Of a DNA stretch of 26,069 nucleotides, positions 17,512 to 24,880 are shown piece after piece. The position numbers and the translations under genes are program-made. The stretch is taken from the IMG/VR virus record IMGVR_UViG_3300033123_000549, positions 1 to 26,069 of that record. One strand, 5' to 3'. The stretch is from a virus. Lineage: Duplodnaviria; Caudoviricetes. Within the stretch, counting starts at the first letter, position 1, and every line of letters starts with the position of its first letter. The notes below the pieces were generated by a model that was not told the origin of the DNA, did not search any database, and saw only the letters and a list, made by a program, of their open reading frames with translations.

Positions 17512-17995
17512 TCTTTTTGAAGTTTGAAAAGTTGGTTTCGACGTTTGATTTCGTAAGCGTTACATAGGCCGTTTTTCCGGCGCGTTTGATCGCTCGAAGA
17601 ATCTGGTTCCGGTTTCCGGACGCGACTTTCGAAACGTGAATCCAGTCCGGATTTTGATCGTTTCCAAATTCATAAATAAGTTGATCGAATTCGACGTTCA
17701 AAGCCAGCCAATAAAACGCTTCTTTATTTCGGTCGCCGGCGTCCAGGTCGATCGCTTCGCCGCGCGTGTGCGCCGAATTTTTACTTCCGCCGATAGCGCG
17801 GTTCACTTCAGGCGATCGGTAGAACGACGTAATCCGAACCGGTTCGCCCAGGTATTCGCGAAGCGGTTCGAAACATTCATTCGCGACGCGTTGCATATTT
17901 TCCAGCGTCGGCGCGTTCACTATTTGCGGAATATTTCGCCGGATTGCAGTCGCCGAATAAGTCGCTTCTTTCAAAGAAATATGTTTTGAAATCAT
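17498..17995 (-). CDS. Peptidase M15A family zinc peptidase, putative endolysin
   Basis: SFYRSPEVNRAIGGSKNSAHTRGEAID (SxH-x6-D) and WIHVS zinc-ligand motifs. ATGA overlap places the start at 17995. Confidence 0.9.
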   Translation of the reverse strand: MISKHISLKEATYSATAIRRNIPQIVNAPTLENMQRVANECFEPLREYLGEPVRITSFYRSPEVNRAIGGSKNSAHTRGEAIDLDAGDRNKEAFYWLALNVEFDQLIYEFGNDQNPDWIHVSKVASGNRNQILRAIKRAGKTAYVTLTKSNVETNFSNFKKNGNL

Positions 17996-18246
17996 TTCCA
18001 TTTTTCGAATTGTGATTTTATTTCATTTGACAATTTTTCGGCGTTTGTTACGATAACTTTTCCCATAATTTCAAAAATATTTTCAAGTTCTTCGCGTGGA
18101 ATATTCGCCGTAAAATCTTCCCAGGTTCCGTTTTTAAAACGAATTTTCCCTTTATATTTACTGATTTCGCGATCCTTTGAAAAAAGATTTTGTTCGATAG
18201 TGATCGAGTAAATTTCCCAGCCGTCGTTTTTTTCTAAATTTTCCAT
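17992..18246 (-). CDS. Hypothetical protein
   Basis: 84-aa ORF overlapping both neighbours. Confidence 0.65.
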   Translation of the reverse strand: MENLEKNDGWEIYSITIEQNLFSKDREISKYKGKIRFKNGTWEDFTANIPREELENIFEIMGKVIVTNAEKLSNEIKSQFEKWK

Positions 18247-18581
18247 TTTTGCAAAATTACTTTTTTGAATTCTTTGAATTCCAGGATCGTTTCTTTGTCC
18301 GAAAACGCCCTGAAAATTTCGTTTTCGATCCGGTTCAAAACGTCTTCGATATTTTCCACGTTTGAAACGACGATTCCGAACTGAACGGAAATGTTTTCCG
18401 GAATGGAAGCGTCTGCGACGTTTGCGCGGCGTGAAAAGCCGGAATAATATTCGAAGCCGTTCCAGTAATCGTTCGCACCTTTCGGATCGTAATAAAAGCC
18501 GACCTGAACGAAAGCGTCGATTTTTCTTCCGTCCAGGTAGGTTTTTTCGAATCGACGTTTGAAGTTCGGAAATTTTTCCAT
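18234..18581 (-). CDS. Hypothetical protein
   Basis: 115-aa ORF starting 1 bp after the SSB stop. Confidence 0.65.
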   Translation of the reverse strand: MEKFPNFKRRFEKTYLDGRKIDAFVQVGFYYDPKGANDYWNGFEYYSGFSRRANVADASIPENISVQFGIVVSNVENIEDVLNRIENEIFRAFSDKETILEFKEFKKVILQKWKI

Positions 18582-18582
18582 T

Positions 18583-18969
18583 TTAGAACGGTAAATCGTC
18601 GGCGAATTCGTCTTTTTGATTTGTTGCCGGCGCCGTTACCGGTGCGGCTGAATCGGATCGCTTTGTCAAAAGTTGAATTTCATTCGCCACCAATTCAAAC
18701 GACGCCTGGGCCGTTCCGTCTTTTCCAAGGTAGGCCGAAACTTCCGGACGGCCTTCGACAAAGATTTTGTCGCCTTTGTGAATGTAGTCGGCCAGGACGG
18801 CAGTTTTTCCTTCCTGGACGAATTTTTTACATTTTACCCAGGTTGTTTTTTCTTCCGTTTTCGTTTTGTACGTGTAAGCGACGGAAAAAACGATAACCTG
18901 AAGGCCATTGTTTAAAACTTTGACTTCCGCCGAGGTTCCTACGTTTCCAATGATTTGAGTTTTCAACAT
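18583..18969 (-). CDS. ssb: Single-stranded DNA-binding protein
   Basis: IIGNVG, FSVA, TTWVKC, YIHKGDKIFVEGR and the acidic C-terminal tip DDLPF. Confidence 0.95.
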   Translation of the reverse strand: MLKTQIIGNVGTSAEVKVLNNGLQVIVFSVAYTYKTKTEEKTTWVKCKKFVQEGKTAVLADYIHKGDKIFVEGRPEVSAYLGKDGTAQASFELVANEIQLLTKRSDSAAPVTAPATNQKDEFADDLPF

Positions 18970-18990
18970 ATTAAAAAAAATTTAGTTTAG

Positions 18991-19094
18991 TAGTCAGGAC
19001 AGGATTCGAACCTGCAAGCAGAGGCGGCGTCCATCTTCTGCGAGACTTTTCTATGGGAGGCGCCAGCGGTATTCCATATTCCCGCCACCTGACT
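18991..19094 (-). ncRNA. tRNA-like RNA (104 nt) without a canonical anticodon arm
   Basis: Acceptor stem AGTCAGG/CCTGACT plus discriminator A. D stem GCGG/CCGC with GG in the loop. T arm GCAGG-TTCGAAT-CCTGT. The 50-nt middle does not fold into a 5-bp/7-nt anticodon arm. No encoded CCA. Confidence 0.75.
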
Positions 19095-19253
19095 TTATTT
19101 TTCATTTTTTGAAAGTTTGGATCGTTTAGTTTCGACCCAGATTCCGCGTTTGGTTTTCGTTTCGAAAATAACCGTCGCCGAATTTCCGTCTTCGCTTTTT
19201 TCGTAACGGATTCGAGCGTTTCCGCGTTTGATTTGTCTTTTCAGTGATTGCAT
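19095..19253 (-). CDS. Small basic hypothetical protein, 52 aa
   Basis: Own translation: MQSLKRQIKRGNARIRYEKSEDGNSATVIFETKTKRGIWVETKRSKLSKNEK. Lies downstream of a promoter-like site, and its stop abuts the tRNA-like RNA. Confidence 0.6.
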   Translation of the reverse strand: MQSLKRQIKRGNARIRYEKSEDGNSATVIFETKTKRGIWVETKRSKLSKNEK

Positions 19254-19278
19254 AACGACCAATTTTTTGAAAGTTTCC

Positions 19279-19308
19279 CAAAGATAAAAAAATTTTTCAA
19301 ATTTCGAA
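19279..19308 (-). promoter_or_regulatory. Bacteroidota-type promoter candidate
   Basis: TATCTTTG (TAnnTTTG) at 19279..19286. The -33 element is imperfect (TTCG). Confidence 0.5.
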
Positions 19309-19569
19309 ATAGATTTTCGGAATTCCGTTTTCGATTTGTGTTTTGATTCCGGAAAAGAACGGATCGGTTTTTTTTATCTTCCAAAAAAGCGAAATTTTTT
19401 TGATTCGAACGAAGTTCAATTCATTTCGGCAAAATACCAATTCTTTCGAAATTTGTTGTTTTGTTCGATCCATTTCCGAAAGTTCGTTCCGGCGTTTGAG
19501 AAGCGCGCGTTCGTAATTTACGAAGAAAACCAGCGCTTCTTTCGGATCGTCGAATCCGTAGGTTTTCAT
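19297..19569 (-). CDS. Hypothetical protein
   Basis: 90-aa ORF with an ATGA overlap with the methyltransferase stop. Confidence 0.6.
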   Translation of the reverse strand: MKTYGFDDPKEALVFFVNYERALLKRRNELSEMDRTKQQISKELVFCRNELNFVRIKKISLFWKIKKTDPFFSGIKTQIENGIPKIYFEI

Positions 19570-20183
19570 AAAAAAAGGCGCGTTTGTGAAATATGAAGTT
19601 CGAATCGTTTTTTTGTCGCTTTGAAATATTCCGGATCGATTTCCGTCGCGAAAAATTCAAGTCCGGCGCGTTCGGCGGCGATTGCGGACGATCCGCTTCC
19701 CAGGTGAGTATCTATTATTTTATCCCCTGGCTTCGCGTAATTTTTGAAAATCCAGTCGTAAAGCGCTACCGGTTTCTGAGTTGGGTGAATTCGATCGTTT
19801 TGCATAGAACGAAGGACGAATTTTCGCGGCGCCGTTTCGAATGAAGTCCAGGCGAATTCGCCGTCTGCGAACGTCATTCCTTCGGCCGTCAATTTATCCC
19901 AAAAAATGAAATGTTTACACGGCCCAAGCGGAAAATAATTTCCGCCCCAGATTATTTGATTCTTTGAAACGCGAAACAATTCCGAAAAATATTCCGCGCT
20001 CGGAATTTGATCGTCCCAGGTCGCTTCGGCGAAACGTTTTCGTTTGCCTTTTTTTCGGCCAAGGTTCGCGTTTATATTTATACCGTAGGGCGGATCCACG
20101 ACGGCCAGGTCAAAATATTTATCCGGAAATTTTTTCATTTCCGAAACGCAGTCGGCGTTCAAAAGTTGGATTTGTGAATTCAT
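19566..20183 (-). CDS. DNA amino-methyltransferase (N6/N4 family, beta class)
   Basis: VVDPPYG catalytic motif followed by HPTQKPVALY and the IDTHLGSGSS SAM-binding motif. Confidence 0.93.
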   Translation of the reverse strand: MNSQIQLLNADCVSEMKKFPDKYFDLAVVDPPYGININANLGRKKGKRKRFAEATWDDQIPSAEYFSELFRVSKNQIIWGGNYFPLGPCKHFIFWDKLTAEGMTFADGEFAWTSFETAPRKFVLRSMQNDRIHPTQKPVALYDWIFKNYAKPGDKIIDTHLGSGSSAIAAERAGLEFFATEIDPEYFKATKKRFELHISQTRLFL

Positions 20184-20383
20184 TTTTTTTCGATTTTAAG
20201 TTTTCCGGACGTGATCGCGTCCCAGGTTGTTTTGATTTTTTGAAGTGAATCTTTCGGAATGGATTCCAGGAAATCTTCGATTTTCATTTCGCGGCCGTCA
20301 AAAAGTACGGTTTTTTGCGCGAAGACGTTCGTCGCGTTTTTTGGTTTGATCCAGGTTTTTGTTTGCGCTGGTGTCCGTTTCAT
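20180..20383 (-). CDS. Hypothetical protein
   Basis: 67-aa ORF with ATGA overlaps at both ends. Confidence 0.65.
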   Translation of the reverse strand: MKRTPAQTKTWIKPKNATNVFAQKTVLFDGREMKIEDFLESIPKDSLQKIKTTWDAITSGKLKIEKK

Positions 20384-20862
20384 TTTTTCCGATATATTTT
20401 CGCGTCTTCGAATTTCAAAAAAGCGTTTTCACGTTTGACCGTTTCGATTTTCAGGCAATTTTTCGCGACTTCGGACGCGCGTCTTTCGACGTCGATTAGT
20501 TGGTTTCCGTAGTCGTTCGTTATTTGCCAAACGGCCAGGAAATCGTCTTCCATTAAGTCGGTAATTAAAAAAAGCGGCGCCGAAAAAAGGAACGAAAGCG
20601 CGACCGATTTTTCGAATTTTGCAAACGGAATAAGAAACGTTTTCATTTGTTTTAATGATTCCAGCGTCGCCGGAAGATCGCCGAAGGAATATCGGTTTTT
20701 CAATTCCAAAAGGCCGCGAAGTTGGCCGTCTCGAACGATCAAAAAGTCGATCGCGCAGTATTTCGAAGTCGATAAAAGTTCGCATTTGAAAATCTTTTCG
20801 ACGATCCGGGCCGTCTTTTCTTCTTCCGAAAGGCAGTGTTCGAAGTTTAGATCGTTTTTCAT
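20380..20862 (-). CDS. PD-(D/E)XK family nuclease
   Basis: AIDFLIVRDGQLRGLLELKNR gives D...ExK spacing, preceded by an acidic helix (EEEK). Confidence 0.7.
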   Translation of the reverse strand: MKNDLNFEHCLSEEEKTARIVEKIFKCELLSTSKYCAIDFLIVRDGQLRGLLELKNRYSFGDLPATLESLKQMKTFLIPFAKFEKSVALSFLFSAPLFLITDLMEDDFLAVWQITNDYGNQLIDVERRASEVAKNCLKIETVKRENAFLKFEDAKIYRKK

Positions 20863-21668
20863 TCGTCAAAACGTTTTTTCAAATCGTCCAGGACTTTCGA
20901 TTTTTTTTCGGCCGTGAAAAAAGTCGTTTCCAAAAGAACGGCTTTCGCTTCCGAAATTATTCGCGTCGTTTCTTCGGCGTCGCTTAAAAGGCGGATTCGT
21001 TCGAATGGATTCTTTTCGCTTTCGGCGTTGTATTTCAAACGGATTTTCGCGAATTCCAGGGCGCTGTTTTTTTGTTCGTGATTGAAATAAATCGAAGAAT
21101 TTTCTTCCTGGCCTTCGTGAATGAAATCGTAAACGACGGCCGCTGGAATATATCCCAAAAAATTCAAAAGTCCGGTTTCGATAAAAGGTTTCGCGATCGT
21201 TAAATAGAAATCGCGATCCAGTTTTCGTTTTTCTTGCGGCGTTGGCTGGTTCGTTTGAACGTGAACGGCCGCCAGGGCGCGTTCGTTTTCACGTGTGGCG
21301 CGTTCGACTTCGTTTTGATATGAACGTACCACCTTCGAAAAAAAGACGGCGGAAAACGTCTGAAAATGATCCGGAACGTTTTGAAGTTCGCCGGCGGCGT
21401 ACATAGTGAACGCCTGGCGAATTTGTTTGATAGTCAAAAATCCGAAGTTTGATCGAATGAATGAAATCAAAACGCGCGTTTGAAAATCGTCCGGAAGGTT
21501 GGTTCCTCGAATTCCGATCAAAGCGAAGACGGTCGAAAGCGTTTCGATCAAATCTTTGTCGGTTTCAAACGTCGAAATTTTCGGCGCTTGTTTCGCCTGA
21601 AGAATAAGCGCGTCGCGCCCAGTCGTTAAGATTTGCGGAAAATCCGTTTTTTGAATTTGTGTTTTCAT
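20859..21668 (-). CDS. Replication accessory protein (helicase loader/inhibitor-like)
   Basis: 269 aa directly after the initiator. FGFLTIKQIRQAF...DHFQTFSAVFFSKVVRSY pattern; function inferred mainly from position. Confidence 0.55.
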   Translation of the reverse strand: MKTQIQKTDFPQILTTGRDALILQAKQAPKISTFETDKDLIETLSTVFALIGIRGTNLPDDFQTRVLISFIRSNFGFLTIKQIRQAFTMYAAGELQNVPDHFQTFSAVFFSKVVRSYQNEVERATRENERALAAVHVQTNQPTPQEKRKLDRDFYLTIAKPFIETGLLNFLGYIPAAVVYDFIHEGQEENSSIYFNHEQKNSALEFAKIRLKYNAESEKNPFERIRLLSDAEETTRIISEAKAVLLETTFFTAEKKSKVLDDLKKRFDE

Positions 21669-22371
21669 TGTTTTGAAATTTTTTTTGATTTGTTGGAATA
21701 GTGGCCCAGTTGAAAAAGTGGCGCTGGAATTCGATTTTCGATTCGTACTTCCGGCCGTTTCCCTTTGCGAAAATAACGAACTTTTCGAGCGCTGGCAAAA
21801 TGAAAGATTTTCCGCCGATCGCCTGGGCTAAATTGAAAAGCCAAGATTCGTTTTCCGGTTGAATGATTTCGGCGGAAAATTCGTCGATTCCGGCCGGCTT
21901 CAAATCTTCGTCTTTTTGGATTTCGTCAAACGAACTTTTTTGTTTGTTTTTTATTTTATCTTTTGTTATTTTCTTTTCTATATAGGTGGCAGTGCGGAAA
22001 ATTTCCGCGTTGTCTTCCGCGTTGTCTTCCGCGTTGTCGGCTTTGACAAAGTGGATTTTTTCCGCGTTGTCTTCCGCGTTGTCGAACGTGAATTCGATCC
22101 GTTTGGCCCTGGCCTGGCCGACGATTTCCACCGTTCGAAATAGGCCAGCGGCTTCCAATTCATTCCAATATTTCGAAGCCGAATCGCGCGAAATACCCAG
22201 GTCGATCGAAGCGTCCGTCGGCGTCAAAAAAACGTCAGATTTGCGTCGCCGGTTCCAAAGATCCAAAAGGTAAAAACCGAACGCGATCGCCTGGAAGGAA
22301 ATCTTTCGGCGCGCGTAAGCGTCAAAAATCCAGCGTCCGGCATCGTAACCGGTGGCGATTTGTTTTTTCAT
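21565..22371 (-). CDS. Replication initiator protein (lambda O-like architecture)
   Basis: ATG 22371 (MKKQIATG). N-terminal winged HTH (ASIDLGISRDSASKYWNELEAAGLF), central iterons with an AT-rich tract, and a C-terminal FQRHFFNW domain. Confidence 0.8.
   Translation of the reverse strand: MKKQIATGYDAGRWIFDAYARRKISFQAIAFGFYLLDLWNRRRKSDVFLTPTDASIDLGISRDSASKYWNELEAAGLFRTVEIVGQARAKRIEFTFDNAEDNAEKIHFVKADNAEDNAEDNAEIFRTATYIEKKITKDKIKNKQKSSFDEIQKDEDLKPAGIDEFSAEIIQPENESWLFNLAQAIGGKSFILPALEKFVIFAKGNGRKYESKIEFQRHFFNWATIPTNQKKFQNNENTNSKNGFSANLNDWARRAYSSGETSAENFDV
22003..22083. repeat. Iterons of the putative replication origin: five copies of TTCCGCGTTGTC
   Basis: Copies at 22003, 22015, 22027, 22060 and 22072. 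Adjacent AT-rich tract at ~21935..21983 and palindrome GCGGAAA-A-TTTCCGC at 21994..22008. Confidence 0.85.
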
Positions 22372-22376
22372 TGCAA

Positions 22377-22460
22377 TAAAAAAGGCCCAAAGGCCCAGGC
22401 GGTAGGGACGCCCAGGCCAAAAGGCCAAAGGTTTCGATTTTGCAAACGTTTTTTCCCTAC
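22377..22460 (-). promoter_or_regulatory. Structured leader RNA (terminator hairpin whose loop is complementary to the 5' segment) upstream of the initiator
   Basis: GGCCUGGGCG-UCCCUAC-CGCCUGGGCC stem with two G-U pairs, extended by GGCCU/GGGCC and followed by U6. GUAGGGA at 22454..22460 complements the loop. Confidence 0.7.
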
Positions 22461-22474
22461 AAAAAAACGATCAT

Positions 22475-22505
22475 TAAAGATACGAAAAAAAATTAACTTC
22501 CGCAA
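22475..22505 (-). promoter_or_regulatory. Promoter candidate for the replication operon
   Basis: TTG-N20-TATCTTTA, one mismatch to TAnnTTTG, just upstream of the structured leader. Confidence 0.45.
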
Positions 22506-22636
22506 CCAAAACATTCGAACGGCGAATCGTCCGGCTTTGAATTTTGATCTTCCGAAGTTATTCGATCGATCGCTTCCTTCGCCTTTGCTTCGTCGATTTT
22601 CGGGCCGAAGTTTTCGAATTCGTCTTCCGGATTCAT
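22493..22636 (-). CDS. 47-aa acidic peptide ending in CxxC-GS
   Basis: Own translation: MNPEDEFENFGPKIDEAKAKEAIDRITSEDQNSKPDDSPFECFGCGS. ATGA overlap with the upstream stop. Confidence 0.7.
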   Translation of the reverse strand: MNPEDEFENFGPKIDEAKAKEAIDRITSEDQNSKPDDSPFECFGCGS

Positions 22637-22902
22637 TTCGACCAATGTTTGAACGTTGGCCGTTTTCCGGACGCCAGTTCGCTTCCAAGTAACGAAATAA
22701 GATAGTTCGCCTGGGCGACTTTGTCGTAAAATTTCGCTTCGAAGGCCTGGCGTTTCAAATTTTGAACGCGATCCAAGCGCTGGGCGATCGTGAAATCGCG
22801 ACCTTTTAGAATTATTCCTGGCATAGTGTAAGCCGTTGAAATTTGAACTTTGTTTTCCCTGGGCCGAATAACACGACCCAGGATATTTTCGAAAGTAATC
22901 AT
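22633..22902 (-). CDS. Hypothetical protein
   Basis: 89-aa ORF with ATGA overlaps at both ends. Confidence 0.65.
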   Translation of the reverse strand: MITFENILGRVIRPRENKVQISTAYTMPGIILKGRDFTIAQRLDRVQNLKRQAFEAKFYDKVAQANYLISLLGSELASGKRPTFKHWSK

Positions 22903-23378
22903 TTAAGCGAAATTTTCAAAACGGTGGAAGATTTTTTTATCGGTGGAAATACTTCGACCAGTTCGCCGGTTTCTTCGATAACAATCGGAAGTTTGCCAGG
23001 AAGCGACTTCAGGAATTTTTCACGTTCAGATTTTTTCGCTTTTATTTCGGTTTCCTTTTCCAAAATTTCGGCCAGGATCGGATCGTTCGTTTCGCTGAAG
23101 TCGTATCGAACGCCGGCTTCGGCGACTGAAAAATCGACGCCGAAAGCGGACGATCCTTTTCCGCCGTGTTTAGCGGCTTCGGTTAGCGCGGCGTCCATTA
23201 TTTTCGAACGAACGTCTTCGGCGACCTTTGCGAGTTTATGCAAGTGAATAAACACTTCCAGCGCGTTTGTGTTTCCGTCTTCGACGTTTGAAACGATTTG
23301 TTCCACCAATGAAGAAACTTCTTCTTTTCCGGAATTTGGCGAAAGGATCGCCGACAAATTTTCGATTTGTGTTTTCAT
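22899..23378 (-). CDS. Conserved hypothetical phage protein (recombination module)
   Basis: 159 aa with an MKTQI start and a GVRYDFSETNDP motif; follows ERF. Confidence 0.7.
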   Translation of the reverse strand: MKTQIENLSAILSPNSGKEEVSSLVEQIVSNVEDGNTNALEVFIHLHKLAKVAEDVRSKIMDAALTEAAKHGGKGSSAFGVDFSVAEAGVRYDFSETNDPILAEILEKETEIKAKKSEREKFLKSLPGKLPIVIEETGELVEVFPPIKKSSTVLKISLK

Positions 23379-23397
23379 AAAAATAAAAATTTAAGGT

Positions 23398-24039
23398 TTA
23401 GTTTTTTGTTTCGGATTCAATAGCGCGAAGCGTCGCGTCGATTTCTTCGCCCAGGTCGGCGGAAATGTAAAAGTAAGCGGCGAATTTATCCAGGACGTCT
23501 TTTTCGCCAGCGCGAAAGCGATCGTACATTTTTGAAAGTTGTTCGGCGTTCGGCGCTTGCTTTGTTTTCGGTTGGCCTGGTTTCGATTCGTGTGTTTTGG
23601 AATCCGGATCGTTTTCTTCGCCGACGATCGGAATCGCGAACGTCTGAATCATAGCGTATTTATAGGCCGACGTTTGGGCTTTATTCGTCGCTTTGTCGCT
23701 GGAATCCATCGCTTCGCCGAAAGTCGTAATCGAATACGAAGAACCGTCTTCCGAACAAATAAAAGTGTATTTCATTTTCAGAATTACGTAATAAATCGCG
23801 CCGCCGGTTTTAGAAACTTTTTCGAATGAATCGCGGCTTTCGGCTTCCTGAAGGACGATCAAATTATTCTTCGCCAGGATCGGGCCGAGGACGTTATAAA
23901 GATCATCGATTCCGCGATATTTGAAACGCTGCTGTTCATTTACGCGATCTTTTCCGATTCCGATTTTCGCCAGGTCGCTGGCGGTTTTTGTAAGCGCTTC
24001 GAATACCTTCGGCGCTTCGTTTGTGATTTGTGTTTTCAT
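23398..24039 (-). CDS. ERF family single-strand annealing protein
   Basis: FKYRGIDDLYNVLGPILAKNNL and GEAMDSSDKATNKAQTSAYKYAMIQTFAIP...DPD motifs. The real start is probably ATG 24039. Confidence 0.88.
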   Translation of the reverse strand: MKTQITNEAPKVFEALTKTASDLAKIGIGKDRVNEQQRFKYRGIDDLYNVLGPILAKNNLIVLQEAESRDSFEKVSKTGGAIYYVILKMKYTFICSEDGSSYSITTFGEAMDSSDKATNKAQTSAYKYAMIQTFAIPIVGEENDPDSKTHESKPGQPKTKQAPNAEQLSKMYDRFRAGEKDVLDKFAAYFYISADLGEEIDATLRAIESETKN

Positions 24040-24060
24040 TTTGATTTGTGTTTGATTTTT

Positions 24061-24090
24061 CAAAGGTAAAAAACTTTTTTGATTTTGCAA
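24061..24090 (-). promoter_or_regulatory. Early promoter (Bacteroidota sigmaA consensus)
   Basis: TTG-N19-TACCTTTG. Shares AAAAAGTTTTTTACCTTTG with the promoter at 25464..25493. Confidence 0.8.
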
Positions 24091-24113
24091 TACTTCGGAA
24101 TAAAAAATTTTTT

Positions 24114-24335
24114 TTATTTTTTGATCGATTGCAAAAGAACGATTTCGGAAGCTCGAAGAATTTTATTTGCGACGCCAAACTGAAGTTCTAAACCTTCGAC
24201 GGCGCGGAAGACGGTCGGATAACTTATTCCGGCGATCCTGGCGAATTCTTTTTTTTCGACGATCGAAAGCGCGTCGATCATTTTTTTTCGTTCCGGCTTT
24301 GTTAAAGTCCGGTTTCGTTTTACATAAACTTTCAT
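24114..24335 (-). CDS. Cro-like helix-turn-helix protein, 73 aa
   Basis: ATG 24335 (ATGA overlap). KKEFARIAGISYPTVFRAVEG is an HTH pattern. Confidence 0.75.
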   Translation of the reverse strand: MKVYVKRNRTLTKPERKKMIDALSIVEKKEFARIAGISYPTVFRAVEGLELQFGVANKILRASEIVLLQSIKK

Positions 24336-24643
24336 AGGTAGTGAGTTATTGAAGGGAAAATTTCTATTGAAGCGCGAACGAAAGCGAAGTCGATCGGATC
24401 GAAACGTTTCCGAATGGATCGAATCTTTTCGGCCGTTACGACTTCCAGCCAGTTTTCTTCGTCGCCGGTTGTTGGTTTGTTTTGATCGACAAAAAAATCG
24501 ATATTTGATTTCAGGCGTTCGTCGATTTGTAAGCGGTGGCCGTTTTGTTCGAGTTCGAAAGTAAACGGCGCGAAGGCCACCGAAAACCATTTCTGAAGGT
24601 CGTTTGAATCGGTGGCGTTTAGGTTTGTGATTTGTGTTTTCAT
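24332..24643 (-). CDS. Hypothetical early protein
   Basis: 103 aa with an MKTQI start. Confidence 0.7.
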   Translation of the reverse strand: MKTQITNLNATDSNDLQKWFSVAFAPFTFELEQNGHRLQIDERLKSNIDFFVDQNKPTTGDEENWLEVVTAEKIRSIRKRFDPIDFAFVRASIEIFPSITHYL

Positions 24644-24647
24644 TTGA

Positions 24648-24878
24648 TTAAAGTTTGAAAGGTTCGCGTTTTATCATTTCATTTTTTAGCGCTTCGTCCA
24701 GCGCGGTTTTCATTTCTTCGACGGCTTCTTCGAATGTTTCCAGGCCGAATAGGTTCAATCGCGCCAGGCGTTTGAAATCGCCGGTTTCCGGATCTTCGAA
24801 TCCATATTCGAACCAATATAAAAAACCGATTTCGCCAGGTTGCTTTTCGGAATCGGTGGCAAATCTAAACGTTCCCAT
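24648..24878 (-). CDS. Hypothetical early protein
   Basis: 76-aa ORF with small gaps to both neighbours. Confidence 0.65.
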   Translation of the reverse strand: MGTFRFATDSEKQPGEIGFLYWFEYGFEDPETGDFKRLARLNLFGLETFEEAVEEMKTALDEALKNEMIKREPFKL

Positions 24879-24880
24879 TT

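Noticed and set aside
18991-19094. tRNA-like element as a standard tRNA-Met (CAT) or as an attP site
   Set aside because: The CAT triplet lacks U33 and a pairing stem. There is no integrase and no duplicated att core.
19566-20862. Methyltransferase plus PD-(D/E)XK nuclease as a restriction-modification system
   Set aside because: The nuclease is small (160 aa), separated from the methyltransferase by another gene, and sits in the replication module where orphan methyltransferases and resolvase-like nucleases are common. Nothing supports a cognate pair.
22003-22083. Short direct repeats as a possible CRISPR array
   Set aside because: These are 12-bp tandem units without unique spacers, inside a coding region. 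They fit iterons, and no cas genes are present.
24040-24090. Upstream extensions given by the ORF track for ERF (24090), 25464, 22428, 24590, 7388 and 4179
   Set aside because: These non-ATG or overlapping extensions run through promoters, leaders or other genes. Downstream ATGs with A-rich context or stop/start overlap are better starts.
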